A DNA stretch of 63,998 nucleotides, counting the filler, from Asterionella formosa (taxonomy: Eukaryota), in NCBI GenBank assembly GCA_002256025.1. It is 18 parts of 18 records of this genome, joined end to end, with 100 filler letters (N's around TTAATTAATTAA, not from the genome) between each part and the next. Parts side by side here need not be neighbours in the genome. Positions count along the whole stretch, not along the records: positions 10,726 to 14,199 come from NKIB01014124.1; positions 14,300 to 17,771 come from NKIB01014126.1; positions 17,872 to 21,343 come from NKIB01014127.1; positions 21,444 to 24,910 come from NKIB01014128.1; positions 25,011 to 28,475 come from NKIB01014129.1; 13 more parts are not named here. One strand, 5' to 3'. Below, in pieces: positions 13,198-25,649 of this stretch (its first letter is position 1; the number at the start of each line of letters is the position of its first letter). The notes beneath the pieces were generated by a model. It did no database searches. It worked only from the letters and a program-made list of their open reading frames with translations, and had not been told where the DNA came from. Position numbers and translations under genes: made by a program.

Positions 13198-14075
13198 GAA
13201 GGTCCGGTAATCAGCAAATTGCGCGCACTATATACTAAAAATTCCAAGTAGCAGTTTCAACCTACTTCATTGGAAGTCTGTCCAGCTCACCAATTCCGAA
13301 ATGATGAAAATCTCAAATTATTTCAATTTATTTAGATTACCTGTAACCGTTATAAACTTTCGAACGGAAAAGCGCTGCCACCTTTCACCGCAGAATTGCT
13401 GACTACCAACTTCAACTTGCTGACTGCGGCGGTCTTATTGTTGCTAACTGCTGACTTGATTTGCTGAAAATTTGAAAAATTTGCTGACTGCTAACTTTAA
13501 CATGCTGACATCAAACAAGCTAATTTGTACATAGGAAGAGACCGACTACCATTACTGGTGTACGAATTGTGTCTACTTTTCATATTAGAATAACAATGGA
13601 AACGCATCATCTTTTTGTTGTTGGGATACTAAAAGCGATGCCTTCTACATCGTTCATACTATACTATTGGGAGTAACATAGACGTACCTGGTACCTGGTA
13701 CTCCGTACATGATAATAAACTGTGAAATCAACATTGATGCCTAAAAAAATTCATTGCTATCTACTTTGTGATATTGCTACCACCATGTACTGGTACTATC
13801 GTAAAAATGCTGACTTCAACTTGCTAACTACTGACTGAAGACTTGATTTGCTGAGATTTGAAAAAATTGCTAATTGCTGACTTCAAGTTCATTTTCACAA
13901 AAAAACGAGTAACGAATTAAAGTCTATGTAAACGACTATTTAAAGAATATCGGAGTGGCGCAAAATTTAGGGGTTTGACAATTTTTGGGGTATACCCCTT
14001 CCTTTTTCTTGTACGTGAATTGATGAACAGAAAACAAGCAACCTGCATGCTATGTGTGCTGATTACCGGACCTTC
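13198..14075. mobile_element. MITE with ~19-bp TIRs and CAG target duplication (PIF/Harbinger-like)
   Basis: GAAGGTCCGGTAATCAGCA (13198-13216) and TGCTGATTACCGGACCTTC (14057-14075), with CAG on both sides. Related ends followed by CAG occur at ~44615-44629 and 61893-61963. Confidence 0.75.
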
Positions 14076-14299
14076 CAGCACACAAGGCATGAAAGTTTAA
14101 GATTCAAATGGCATGTCCTGTGATTGTTCTTTTGATTCATTTTATCTCTGCCGACGCCTTGATAATACCATTCCTGCAAGTGCAGCACCAACCACAGCTN
14201 NNNNNNNNNNNNNNNNNNNNNNNNNNNNNNNNNNNNNNNNNNNTTAATTAATTAANNNNNNNNNNNNNNNNNNNNNNNNNNNNNNNNNNNNNNNNNNNN

Positions 14300-15531
14300 C
14301 TCCCTGGAGTTGGTTAAACATCCGGGTCTTAAATGCCTTTAGGGTATCTTCAGTTTGTCCCCCTTTTTCCTTGCCTGCGTTCCCCATTTCCTTAGAATTC
14401 TTGGGCACCTCATGATGAGTTTCATGGTTGGGCTTGGGAGGAATCTTCCTACCCCTGTAGATCTCATCGTTGGCATCGGGTCCCACCATTCCCAAGAGGA
14501 GGTGGTAGATCCCATCAAGGGATCCATCGTCCTTGTACCTCTCAAGACTATCTTTGACCTCCTTCGTTTTATACCTGGGGTCGATCAACTTGGCAGTGTA
14601 CAGCTTCCACCAGTTGTAACCATCGGGGATTTCATCTGCCTTCAGTTTCTTCTCCGTAACAATTTTCATGTACTGTGTAAGTTTACACATACAGTCAGTG
14701 AACGAATTATGAAACTCACGGAGAGATCCTCTTTCAGTAAGACAGAGTTTGTCCAACACCTTGTTGTACTTTTTGATCCAGTGAATGACCAATTCTTCCC
14801 CTTCGTAATAACCACGGAGTTTGTGCCAAGCTTCATGTCCATCATGCTCCTCATTGGTAGTGAGTGCCAATCTAGCAACCGCTGTAGTTGAGATGGAGGC
14901 AACCAGCATGCCCCAGACAAGGCCGTTTTCGTCGGGGTTCTTGAGGGCATAGTTCTGGGATTTGATTACCTTGATGAGGTTCGAGGTTGCAAAATGCCCG
15001 ATACTCTGCTGGCTCCATTCCAGCCAATCTCCATGGTCGCCGGAAAATTGTCTGAGCTGCTGGACAGGTGTAGTGAAGACACGTTGGACTGATTTGTTCC
15101 TGGGCCCCCAGTGCGTGAGAGCCGCTGGGGTAGGCCAGTTGTGAGCTACATGGGTATAGCGAGCTGCCACCTCATGTTTCATCTCATCAAAGTCCTCCGG
15201 GGTCTCCTCGATGTCCAAGAGCTGCCACTTAGCTAGGACAGTAAGCCATTCGAGAGCAGGTTGGACTGAATTGATAAATGCTGGGCTTTGGATTTGGTGA
15301 ACCTTAAGGACGTTGCGCAGGTTGTCCGATCCCAGTCAGTTTCATGGTGGTGAGGATTTTCCTCATTGCAACAGCATCAGTATGCCCGTCTTCATCGGGG
15401 TCATCTGCATGTCTAAGATCGACTAGGAGAAGATCGAGGACCATCTGATTGAGCTCGGGAGATATGCTTTCGGCATTATCTTCCATGGCTACATTGGCGT
15501 GGACTGCATGGTTGCAAAAAGATAGAACCAT
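14300..15531 (-). mobile_element. Copia-type gag-like ORF with one frameshift (~15325), running off the contig
   Basis: QFSGDHGDWLEW...GLVWGMLVASI...DGHEAWHKLRGYYEG resembles the copia gag DGxxAWxxLxxxY motif. The ORF 15304-15531 joins 14300-15218 through a frame change. Confidence 0.6.
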
Positions 15532-17443
15532 ATTGGGCTAGTACTCACCTGTGTGTTCGAGATAACATGTTAGCCAGCTTTATAAACACAGGTGAACTTT
15601 GGGTCTTTATTCCTTTATGTTTTGTTATTGCAATCCTCTTATAGAATTTACAAACAAACGAATGAATCAACAAACGAATGATGCTACTACATGATGGAAA
15701 ATACAATAGGGTCCGTGGATTTGGACCCCCCTCACCCGAGGGGTTGATTGTCGTGTCATAAACAATGCACACTCCCTTGAATGTTGTCCATGCCTGTATG
15801 GGTAACATTGGAGTTAGCTCTCCAGGTTGCCCAGTGGTGGTCCCCATGTGCTTCCCCTTCCAAGTAACCACAAACCCGGGTTACACTTGGATATCCCTCA
15901 CCGGGTTCCTCCATAGTGTAACCCTCACCCATGGAGGGGATACAAGGCAATCCCCTCGGGAACTAACCGGGTTATAGGTTCGTTCCCTACACAGAGAGCC
16001 AGTCAGGATCTGGATTACTCTAGGCCTCTTCCATGAGGGTCAGGTGGTCCATTGCTGCTGGAAAATAGCTTCCAGTAGCCTCCGGGTGCGTTACTCCTGG
16101 TTGGTGCATGGATCCGTGCAGGTTTATTATGCTCCTGCAGCATCGCATTCGCCGTACGACTCCTGCTACCCACATCACAACGTACGTATAGCTACGTACC
16201 CGATAGACCTAAACCTGGAGGTAGTCCTAGTCTATCACACAAAGGGGGATTATTCCCCACGAGGTTTTGTGTGACCCCGTCCTTGATCAGGCAGTGAGTA
16301 TATTACAGTAGTTGGAATCACTACTTTCATCGCTTGCCCGTAGGAGCTACATGCCAATGTACTATATGTACCTGACAAGAAGCACGGGATTTATGGTAAT
16401 CATTAGCAGAGGAATATTGGAGCACAACGTCTTGCTCTGGTATCATCATTCAATGCATGGTGAACAGGAACAGTATTATGGTGATTTTTTTTTTGTTTTT
16501 GTTTTTGGCTGTTCCAAGGCACCAGGAGAAAACCTATCCGGCCGCTTTGACCGCCTGCCCCATCGATGTGGGGTGCTTGGGGGGCATCATGGGAGGATTC
16601 GAACTCCTCCCACCAGTTCATGTGTTCAGGAATGTGTTTGAGGCACCCCTTCATCCAATCATGTCCCAGTGTCCGGTGAGGCACCCCGTGATGACATGTA
16701 TGACCAATTGACTACTTGCATGTGTGGCCAAACTTGAGTGAATGGATTTACAGGAGGCTGCCAACTGCTACCAGCAGTATTTATATTTCCAACAGGGCAG
16801 GTAATAAATTTATAGAGCACACCACATTAGTAGATGAAAACAATTGGTAACTGGTTTTCTCTGTATCCTCCAGCATATGCTTTCTTCATGACATGTTCAG
16901 TACGTGTTTATATTTTGATCACTAGTTTATCGGACGACCTTACTGCTCCCTTGCCTTGGATCCTATTATACTTCTGTGCAGGACTTCACCATCTTGAAGA
17001 AGCGATTGCCGCTGCATCATGCAAATCACCAACGAATTGAAATGTTGCACACTGTACATTTGCTGTTGAAGACATTTTCTGGCAGACCTTCGCTGCCCAT
17101 AGCGGCACTCCAGCGTTATTGCAGGCTGCTACCAGTGTGTCATTGCTGCAAGCCCTCACTACCCACTCTCATCGGATACATGGTGCATGCTCTGACTGCA
17201 CTGTAGTCTGCCCTTGCTTGACTCTATGAAAATAGTTAGTAAAACAAGCATTTTCATTACTTTGTTGCTATTTTATGATTTGCTAAATTGTTCCTAAAAT
17301 CCTAAGTTGGTGTGTACCATATTTGTTGGTCTCTCTGATCCCTCATGTCTACAAATGAAGAATCCAGCATGGGTTAGGGTTTCAGCCTAGCCTGTTGGCA
17401 ACTTGATCCATTGAGTGATTTTACTGACATGGTCACATAAGAG

Positions 17444-17771
17444 TTACTTTTCAAATTTCTTGCGTTTCTTTCCCTGTGTCAGAGCCAACGGCTTGGAAGT
17501 ATTCTTCCTTCTCTTGTAAATTTTATCATCATCATCAGGTCCCACCATTCCCAAGAGGAGGTGGTAGATCCCATCAAGGGATCCATCGTCCTTGTACCTC
17601 TCAAGACTATCTTTGACCTCCTTCGTTTTATACCTGGGGTCGATCAACTTGGCAGTGTACAGCTTCCACCAGTTGTAACCATCGGGGATTTCATCTGCCT
17701 TCAGTTTCTTCTCCGTAACAATTTTCATGTACTGTGTAAGTTTACACATACAGTCAGTGAACGAATTATGA
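17444..17771 (-). mobile_element. Second copy of the same gag-like ORF (3' part) with a shorter, diverged C-terminus
   Basis: 17538-17771 appears identical to 14479-14712, then diverges (GPDDDDKIYKRRK vs GPDANDEIYRGRK). Confidence 0.75.
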
Positions 17772-17871
17772 NNNNNNNNNNNNNNNNNNNNNNNNNNNNN
17801 NNNNNNNNNNNNNNNTTAATTAATTAANNNNNNNNNNNNNNNNNNNNNNNNNNNNNNNNNNNNNNNNNNNN

Positions 17872-18130
17872 ACCAAACGCAATGCCTGTGCAGCTCATTA
17901 TTAGTTGCTGATATGCCTTGTCATTGGCTTCATAGATTTTCTTTTCTGCATCAGTAGCAGAGGTTGCATATGTTGTGTCACTGCATGGTTTCGTATCACT
18001 TGCATAGACAAGGCGAAAGCCCTTGATCTTAGATAGAGATAGAGTTTTGACACTCCATTCATGCCATTTTGATTCCTCTCCATCAAACTTTATCAAGCGA
18101 ATGACCTCGCCCGATTTCTCATCAGCCATG
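17872..18130 (-). mobile_element. N-terminus of Ty1/copia gag, lying downstream of the LTR of the preceding pol
   Basis: MADEKSGEVIRLIKFDGEESKWHEWSVKT...ANDKAYQQLIMSCTGIAFG, a typical copia gag start (FDG..W..W). Confidence 0.8.
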
Positions 18131-18177
18131 ATGCTGCGTTGGTAATCTGTGTAAAGCAATAGGTCCATTTATAAACG

Positions 18178-18692
18178 TGTTAAATTCCTTACACCAGTAG
18201 CAGTACACGTTTGTACATGCTATATGCTATAGTCTTTCTCTTAGACAAGTTAAATGTAGACAGCAACGTTTTGCTTCTTTATTTTATTGTGAGCTTATAA
18301 AACTAGAAATCGATTTACAATCGATTCAACTCCACTTATTTCAGATCAGTTGGATCTTGGATCTTTTGTCCAAACTTTCATACAGATAACCAAGTAATGA
18401 TAATGATCTGTTCCTGATCATTCAATCATTCTTTTACTTCATAACACATATAGAATATTGTTTTACTTACATTGTCGGCAGCTCCAATGGCGACGACATG
18501 CCTGTGAATAGTTCATTACATAGAACATTTACCTTTCCAAATATTCCATCCCATCTTATTAATTGTATGTTCGTCTTCATTAACATAAGTTCAAATATTT
18601 CTCACCGGAAACAGTTTCTCTATATAATATTGACGACATGTACATTGATGGAATGCTGTTAACCCTAACTCAAATCATCCAAGATTTTGTCA
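18178..18692 (-). repeat. Putative LTR (~515 bp)
   Basis: On the minus strand, PPT GAGGAGAG is followed by TGACAAAAT... and ends ...AATTTAACA about 50 nt before the gag ATG. Confidence 0.55.
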
Positions 18693-21343
18693 CTCTCCTC
18701 ATTCCAGCAATCCATTGTCCCAATGAGCATTTTATGTGCATGAGAATCATGGATTTTCTGAGTTACGTTCTTTGACAGAAGGTCTGCAGGGTTTTTCAAT
18801 GTATTCACATATTGAACAAGGATATTACCATTTTCAACTTTCTCTCTGATAAAATGATACCTGGCATCAATATGTTTGGTTCTTGCACCAACTTGTTTAT
18901 TTCTTGAGAGAAAAATCGCTCCAGTATTATCCTCCAAAATTATGCTTGGCAAGACAACGTGATCGATCTCATTCAATAAGTTGGATGTAAAAGTCGTTTC
19001 TTTAGATCCATCGCTGAGACCCACGTATTCAGCTTCAGTGCTCGAAACAGTAACGATGTTCTGCCCTTTTGAAATCCAATTGATCAATGCAGTTCCACCG
19101 ATTGTACCCAAGTAGGCACTAGTGCTCTTTCGTGTGTCCTTATTGTCGCCAAATGACGTGTCAACAATATCCTGTGGACGTAACTCAATTGGAGTTCTCA
19201 ATTTTAATTTCCTGTTTGTGATATCCACACGTAGATATCACAAAAGACGTTCTACTGCCATCCAGTGTGACTTGTTGGGACTCTCCAAATTTTGAGACAA
19301 TTCTCTGCATGCATTTGCACAAACCGGAGAGTCTTTCTTGACAAAGTAGAGTATTTTCCCAACCATTGAGCGGTACTCCGAGTGTAGGACAATTTCTCCA
19401 TCTGTATCCAGGTACTGCTGGTGTGCTTGCAATCTTGGGGAGACGTCCAAATAGGTCTTTAAAATCTTCAAACATTCCCTGCACGAAATCTTCCATGTTA
19501 GATTCCAGGTAGCGTCCATCTTTGTCAGATCCCCATTCATACCAGACACCAAGGTGTTTGTTTAGCTGTCCGAGTTCCTTTATTGTAAAATAATCCTTTA
19601 TTTCTTTCTTGAAGGCAAGAATGTCTGATGGCTTTCCGGCAATCGCGCAATCATCAACATGTGTCCCAACCAATAAAATTAATTTATTGTCCCTTTTGAG
19701 GTAGAACACACAAGGATCCACCTTGCTCTGGGTCATTCCCATATTCAGCAGACATTGGACAAGCTTCTTGAACCATTGCAAAGCTGCTTGGACAGTACCA
19801 TACATAGCTTTGTCCAATAGGATGCATGAGGTCTGCAATTCTTGTTCAGTGACATATCCAAATTCTTTAACTCCCTCAGGCCATTCAATGTAGATATTTT
19901 CATCCATATCTGCTTCAAGGAATGCTGCTTCCACATCGATGACTTCACAAATCCAGCATTCTTCAGGTTTGTTGTGTCCATGGTATAGTGTGATAGCAAA
20001 AATGGTTCGCATAGCAGAATCTGTGGCAACAGGTGCAAAGGAGTCTGTGAAGTCAACTCCAGGAATCTGGACATAGCCTTTGACCACAACTCTTCCTTTG
20101 AATCTGGTTGATAAATCTTTTTCTTGCTTCTTTTTAAATACCCAACGTGTTCCCAAAGGTTTCCTTCCATTAAGTTTGTTCCTGGGGAATTTCTTCCAAA
20201 CCCCTCTTTTGTAGAAGTTGTCAATTTCCGTTTTGATCGCAATAATCCATTTTTCACGTTCTGGATCATTCATTGCAGCTTTGTAGGATTTTGGTTCTCC
20301 AGGATCAGAGGCTAGTGTTGTGCTGTAGATTAGATGGACTTCCATTGGTGCATCTTCTTCGTCCACGACTTCATTTTCTTCATAAGGGTGGTGGCCGGCA
20401 GTTTTAGGAGTTTGGTCAGAGGAAAGTTTTAAAGCTCTCCTAGCTTCTTTAGGTAGGACATCGGTCCATGCAATGCGTTTGAGTTCACGTTCAAGTTTTG
20501 TGGTTAAAGTTTTAGAAATATCCCTTCCTTGCCCACCAGTTTCTGAAACATCAAAGGTAACTTGTTGCGTTTTTTCATTAGGGGCGACATTTGTAGGAGT
20601 GTTTATGGCATCTTCAGACGCATCATCATTATGCAATTCATAGTCTTGTGCATCTTCCATTTGGGATTCCTCAATACCAAGTGCATCTGCATTACCGGTA
20701 AATGTGGACATATTGGCTGTTGGATCGCATATTCCATGCCAGGTGGCCCATCGGATCTTTCTGCTGTTGATTACCTTTTTTGTCACAGTGTTGTACATCC
20801 GGTAGGTATCGCCAGCATGATCATCGGAGTATCCAATCATGACACATTTAACTGCCTTGGGGTCTGGTTTCTTTTGTTTTTGTCAAAGGGTGACATATCC
20901 GATGCGACCAAATTCAATAAGATTCCTGTAGATCATAGGTTGCTTGTTGTAGAATTTCCAGTCAGGACATTTTGAGCCACTGGAATTGGACACAATATTT
21001 GTGAGTCTTGTGTGTGTGTTGGCAGCTTCCGCCCAGAGTGTTCCTTGAGCCTCTTCAGAGAATTTCGCTTTTATCATGGCGGCAGAGCTGCGGTCACGTA
21101 TGGTCGCAAATTTACGTTCGACAATGCCGTTCTGCTGAGGCGTGTAGGGGGCAGTTATTTCGATAGCGAGTCCGTGTTTCTCGCATAGCTCAGTTAATGC
21201 CTTGACATTTTCGCCGCCATTGTCACATCGAAGTTTCTTGAGGATATAATTAGCACTCTTCAACTTGATGACAAGGTTTTCGACAATTTTCGACATTTCA
21301 CTTTTCTTCTTAACAAAGAAGCTCCTTGCTTTGCTGCTATAGT
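18665..21343 (-). mobile_element. Ty1/copia pol (integrase-RT-RNase H) with several frameshifts
   Basis: IN: LRCDNGGE, TAPYTPQQNGIVERK. RT: RWVFKKK, KGRVVVKGYVQIPGVDF, DVEAAFL, KAMYGTVQA, HVDD. RNH: SSTEAEY, EDNTGA, TKHIDARYHFIRE, NPADLLSK. Confidence 0.95.
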
Positions 21344-24300
21344 NNNNNNNNNNNNNNNNNNNNNNNNNNNNNNNNNNNNNNNNNNNNTTAATTAATTAAN
21401 NNNNNNNNNNNNNNNNNNNNNNNNNNNNNNNNNNNNNNNNNNNCAACAAAACGTGTTTGCAATTCACACTGTGCCCGAAGACTTAGTTGAAATTTGGACA
21501 CACCAGATTTGTCTCCTGTTAAAAATGGTTCTCCACGGCTTGTCCTGCCTATAAAATACACTGGAGCAAGAACATCACGCCAGACTTGCTTGGTATCCTT
21601 GGCTTCCCCTGTCAATGTGCTTTGACTGCGCAAAAAGATAAAGCGTGAACGCCCACCTAATAAAGTCATCAATATCCATAGTCTGGAAGTAATAATCTGT
21701 TAGACCAGCTGGTGTGTCATGAATTATGTTAGCATTTTTAAATTGAAACATATTTGATAAGAATATAATCACTAACTCAAAACATCATGCTTTCAGAGCA
21801 TCTTCCGCCCTGCACCACTTCTTTGCCTAACTCCGGTTTCACTGTGTATAGCCGAGTTAGGCAACATTGGGCACACCAATCCTCTTTGTGATTGGAAATG
21901 CCTTTCATACTACTTGGACCAGATAGGGTGGGATGTTTGATTCTCTTTTGGGACCAGAAAAAACACATTAGACTGATATTCTTTTTTACAGTACCTGCAA
22001 TTCACGAACTATAACCTCAAACTTTCATGTTCACAGCAAAACTTCTTGGTCTTGAAAATAAAACTCAAAACCTTTGTGAAAATTGATGGTTCAATTTTAG
22101 CTAAGCGGGAACGACGTTCTGATAAGGCTGCTGAAATTGAAGATTCTTGGTAACCTTGTATGGTCGATTTTTGAACCGAATTACGACCTTTTTAGTGATT
22201 GAGTTCATTGACCAATTGATAATATCCTTTGGCAAGTGCAAAATATTTTTCCCTCAGTTTGTCATGTACTTGTTGGTCCGTGCAATTAGAAAATTTATGA
22301 TGTGGTACCATGTCGTCCATCTGCATCCGGGAGTTATTAATGGTATCATCGACAGGAGCCATTTTTCTTGTATCAACAACTGAAAAAGAATCGTCATCAT
22401 CGCTTTCAGTATCAATTACGGGATCCTTTGTATTAGTAGCTGATGGTGTCCCCATCAACGATGGGCTTATACCCCCACTAACTCCCTGTTGCCAATTGGG
22501 TTCCTTTGGATAATCACCGATTCGCTTTTTCTTTGTTAACTCATTTTGGTACTTGCTTCTTTGTTCGCTACCGGCATTATTTGCCACATGTCGCTTGTTT
22601 GTTCCATGAACCTCTTTATGGTTTTTTGAAGACACTGTACTACCAGATAACTGTTGTCGTTGTCTTCCTTGAAGTTCAATGATCTTAAAATCAGGTGTTG
22701 CCAGCTACAATGAAATGAATCATCAGCCACTACATATAATATTTTACACTGTCTAGATATGATACCACAAGACCAACAGTGCTATTTACATTATCATATA
22801 CAAAATCAGAACCGAGTTTGAGTAATAGCATATCTTGTTTTCAATTATACGATTATATGATGCTGAAACTATGATGATTTACTGTCCCACTGTAGTAGTA
22901 AAAGTTCTGAACATATTGTGTTCTGTTGCTCACTTACTACTCCGACTACCCTGTTTCAATTTTACAATCATATGATCCTGAAACTATGATGATTTACTGT
23001 CCCGCTGCAGTAGCAACAGTTGCGATCACGAGAAGTGAAAAAAATATGAGAAGGTTTATGATATTGATTAGAAAAGTTGTTGATCAGTTGATGTACATTG
23101 TGTGATGATAATGTTCTTATTATCATTATACTTCAAGGTCGGTAAAATTTTAATAAATCATCATGGTTATAGGATACCTTTATCATTGTTTTGATCCAAA
23201 AATTATCATATATACGAAAATCCTGTGCCACTTAGCGTACAATACCCTTGATCCTATATGTATGATAATTTTTTTCAGACGCAGTGGATTCTGAATTTTA
23301 GCATCATCAAGAAGTTGAGGAGTAACATGACAAAAGCCTTGTTCATCAACATTCTTCTGAAGGGAAAGAAATATGTTTCATAATTTGTATACTCAAACAT
23401 GGTGGGACTCAAATATGACAACAACAATCAACAAGCACATACCTGTCCTCTCTTCCTCGTTGAATACGAGTTCATGCAGAACACTGGTTCCATCATGTTT
23501 TTGCTCCTTTGCTGAGTTTGCGATAGCTCATTGAGATTGACGACTTTTCGTGTTCATTATAGAAGATTATGAAGAAGTACTAATGAAAGTAAAATTGTGA
23601 TTAGAAAGCAATGAAACAATACTATTGTAGAGCAGCGGAAAAAGCCAACACATGAGCACTAAAACTTGCTGCCAGGATCTGATTTGAGATAGTGTAGGAC
23701 ACGTAGAAAACATACTACAAAAATATAGGTAAAATTTAACGGCTGATCATATCTGACGAAACTACCGGTTCAATGATCCATGAGCCTAACTTTGACCTAC
23801 CATAACGTTTTGAGATTTGATACCCAACAACTCATTGAGGTCGCTTTTGAACAATCATTAATTTATTTATCACTGCATATCAAGTCTAGAGAAGAAGTTG
23901 ACCGGAAAGGCTATCGGAAATCAACAGAAAAGGGAACCGAAATTTTGGCACCAATGTGATGAAGCAAGCACGATGCGACGATATGAATCACATGAGAAAT
24001 CGAATTATCTAACAACCAGCCAGATCCATTTGATGAAGAGTCAGTACTTGCGACATCAATGACCAGATTTTGTATACTTCGGAGCATGCTGGAAGATAGC
24101 AGGGATGTAAATAGTGAAAATGCTGTCAACACTTTACAGAAAACCATCATTTTGTGCCTTCATAAAAGCTCAAAATTTAATGTTTTGATTTGCTAGGTAA
24201 TTAGGTCATCATGAAGAACTACTTGTATGGACACAGGCAAGCATGGAGAAGATCTATGGTCACAATGAAGAAGAAGAATTCATATGGTCTGGAAGTAAAC

Positions 24301-25204
24301 AAGCGAAAACTAATTTGGGGTTACTAGCTGACAGATCATGTAAACAATCAATTCTACTTGAGTCGAGTTTTGTTTGACAAAGTATCGCAATGACAAAGAA
24401 TAATAATTCACATGGAAAGAGAATTTCAATTTGGATCCAGTGAGCATTCAATCGAAATTCTTTCAAACACACTTGAAACTCACGAAAAACTGATCCGTGT
24501 ACACAACACAGGATTCCATAAATTAATTTAGCCTTTGGTAGGATGCATCATCAGACATCTACCGGACACTTACGCTGATTTTCGTAGAAATGTTCGGACA
24601 GTAGGCCGGTTTTTCAGCCGAAGTCTGAACTTCCGTTCATTCCCATTTTATAATTTAACACGGTATATCTAGTACTACTATGTTGAACTTGGAGTGAAGT
24701 TTGATCATTTGAGGGAAATATCGGACGAACGGCCGTTTTTTTCTGGTAGCTGTTTTCTCGTGGAATTTTACATATGTAGTAGATGTCTTGATGGAATCTG
24801 TGTTTATGCACTTCGATGCAAATTACGTAAGTATCATGTGTGAATGGGCAATTGTCAACTATCGTACTGGTATCTTAGGAACCAGTGTCACCAAGCAAAA
24901 AGGCAAGGACNNNNNNNNNNNNNNNNNNNNNNNNNNNNNNNNNNNNNNNNNNNNTTAATTAATTAANNNNNNNNNNNNNNNNNNNNNNNNNNNNNNNNNN
25001 NNNNNNNNNNAGTTTGGCGACATGCATTGAATGTTATAATATGCAACAGCTGTTTCTAAACATATTTACGAATTCAATCGTTGACAGCTGCTCCTCCTCT
25101 GCTTTTTTTCTATATTGTACTTGTTAGAGCGAGTTACTCGGCTCACAATTTCGAAAAAAGTGCCGTAAACGGCGTCTTAGATGTATATAGCTAAGAGAAA
25201 TAAT

Positions 25205-25545
25205 CGTTTGTATGCATACAAATAGCGATGTACAATGTCTATATATACATAGCTATTTCAAAAAAGAATCTATGTACATCCGCGCAAATTTCCACTGGTT
25301 TGAATTTTTCAAATGGAATTATGTCATTCAAAAAAAATTGCTCAGCCATATAAATTCTTAGTTCCAGGTAATTTTGGCAATCCTGAGCAATATATTAATT
25401 TTTGCCTAAGGGTTGAAATGCAGGAACCTTGGTTCCTGATTCAAATCAGTGGAAATTTGCGCGTACATATATAGATTCCTTTTCTAATTTGCTAAACATA
25501 TATATAAACATTCTACATTGCTCGATGTATATATAGTAACCTATA
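25205..25545. repeat. Diverged inverted repeat (arms ~25210-25305 and ~25439-25535)
   Basis: AAAAAGAATCTATGTACATCCGCGCAAATTTCCACTGGTTTGAAT pairs with ATTCAAATCAGTGGAAATTTGCGCGTACATATATAGATTCCTTTT. Confidence 0.8.
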
Positions 25546-25649
25546 CCCAGTAATACGATCAACATATACGGGGCATACAAGCTGTCAGCATGGCAAATAT
25601 TGGTGATGACTACCGGTAAGAAACAAACAAACAAACGCAACAATCCACC

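Noticed and set aside
23880..24910. Possible degenerate plus-strand coding sequence
   Set aside because: Too many stops and no recognisable motif to support a call.
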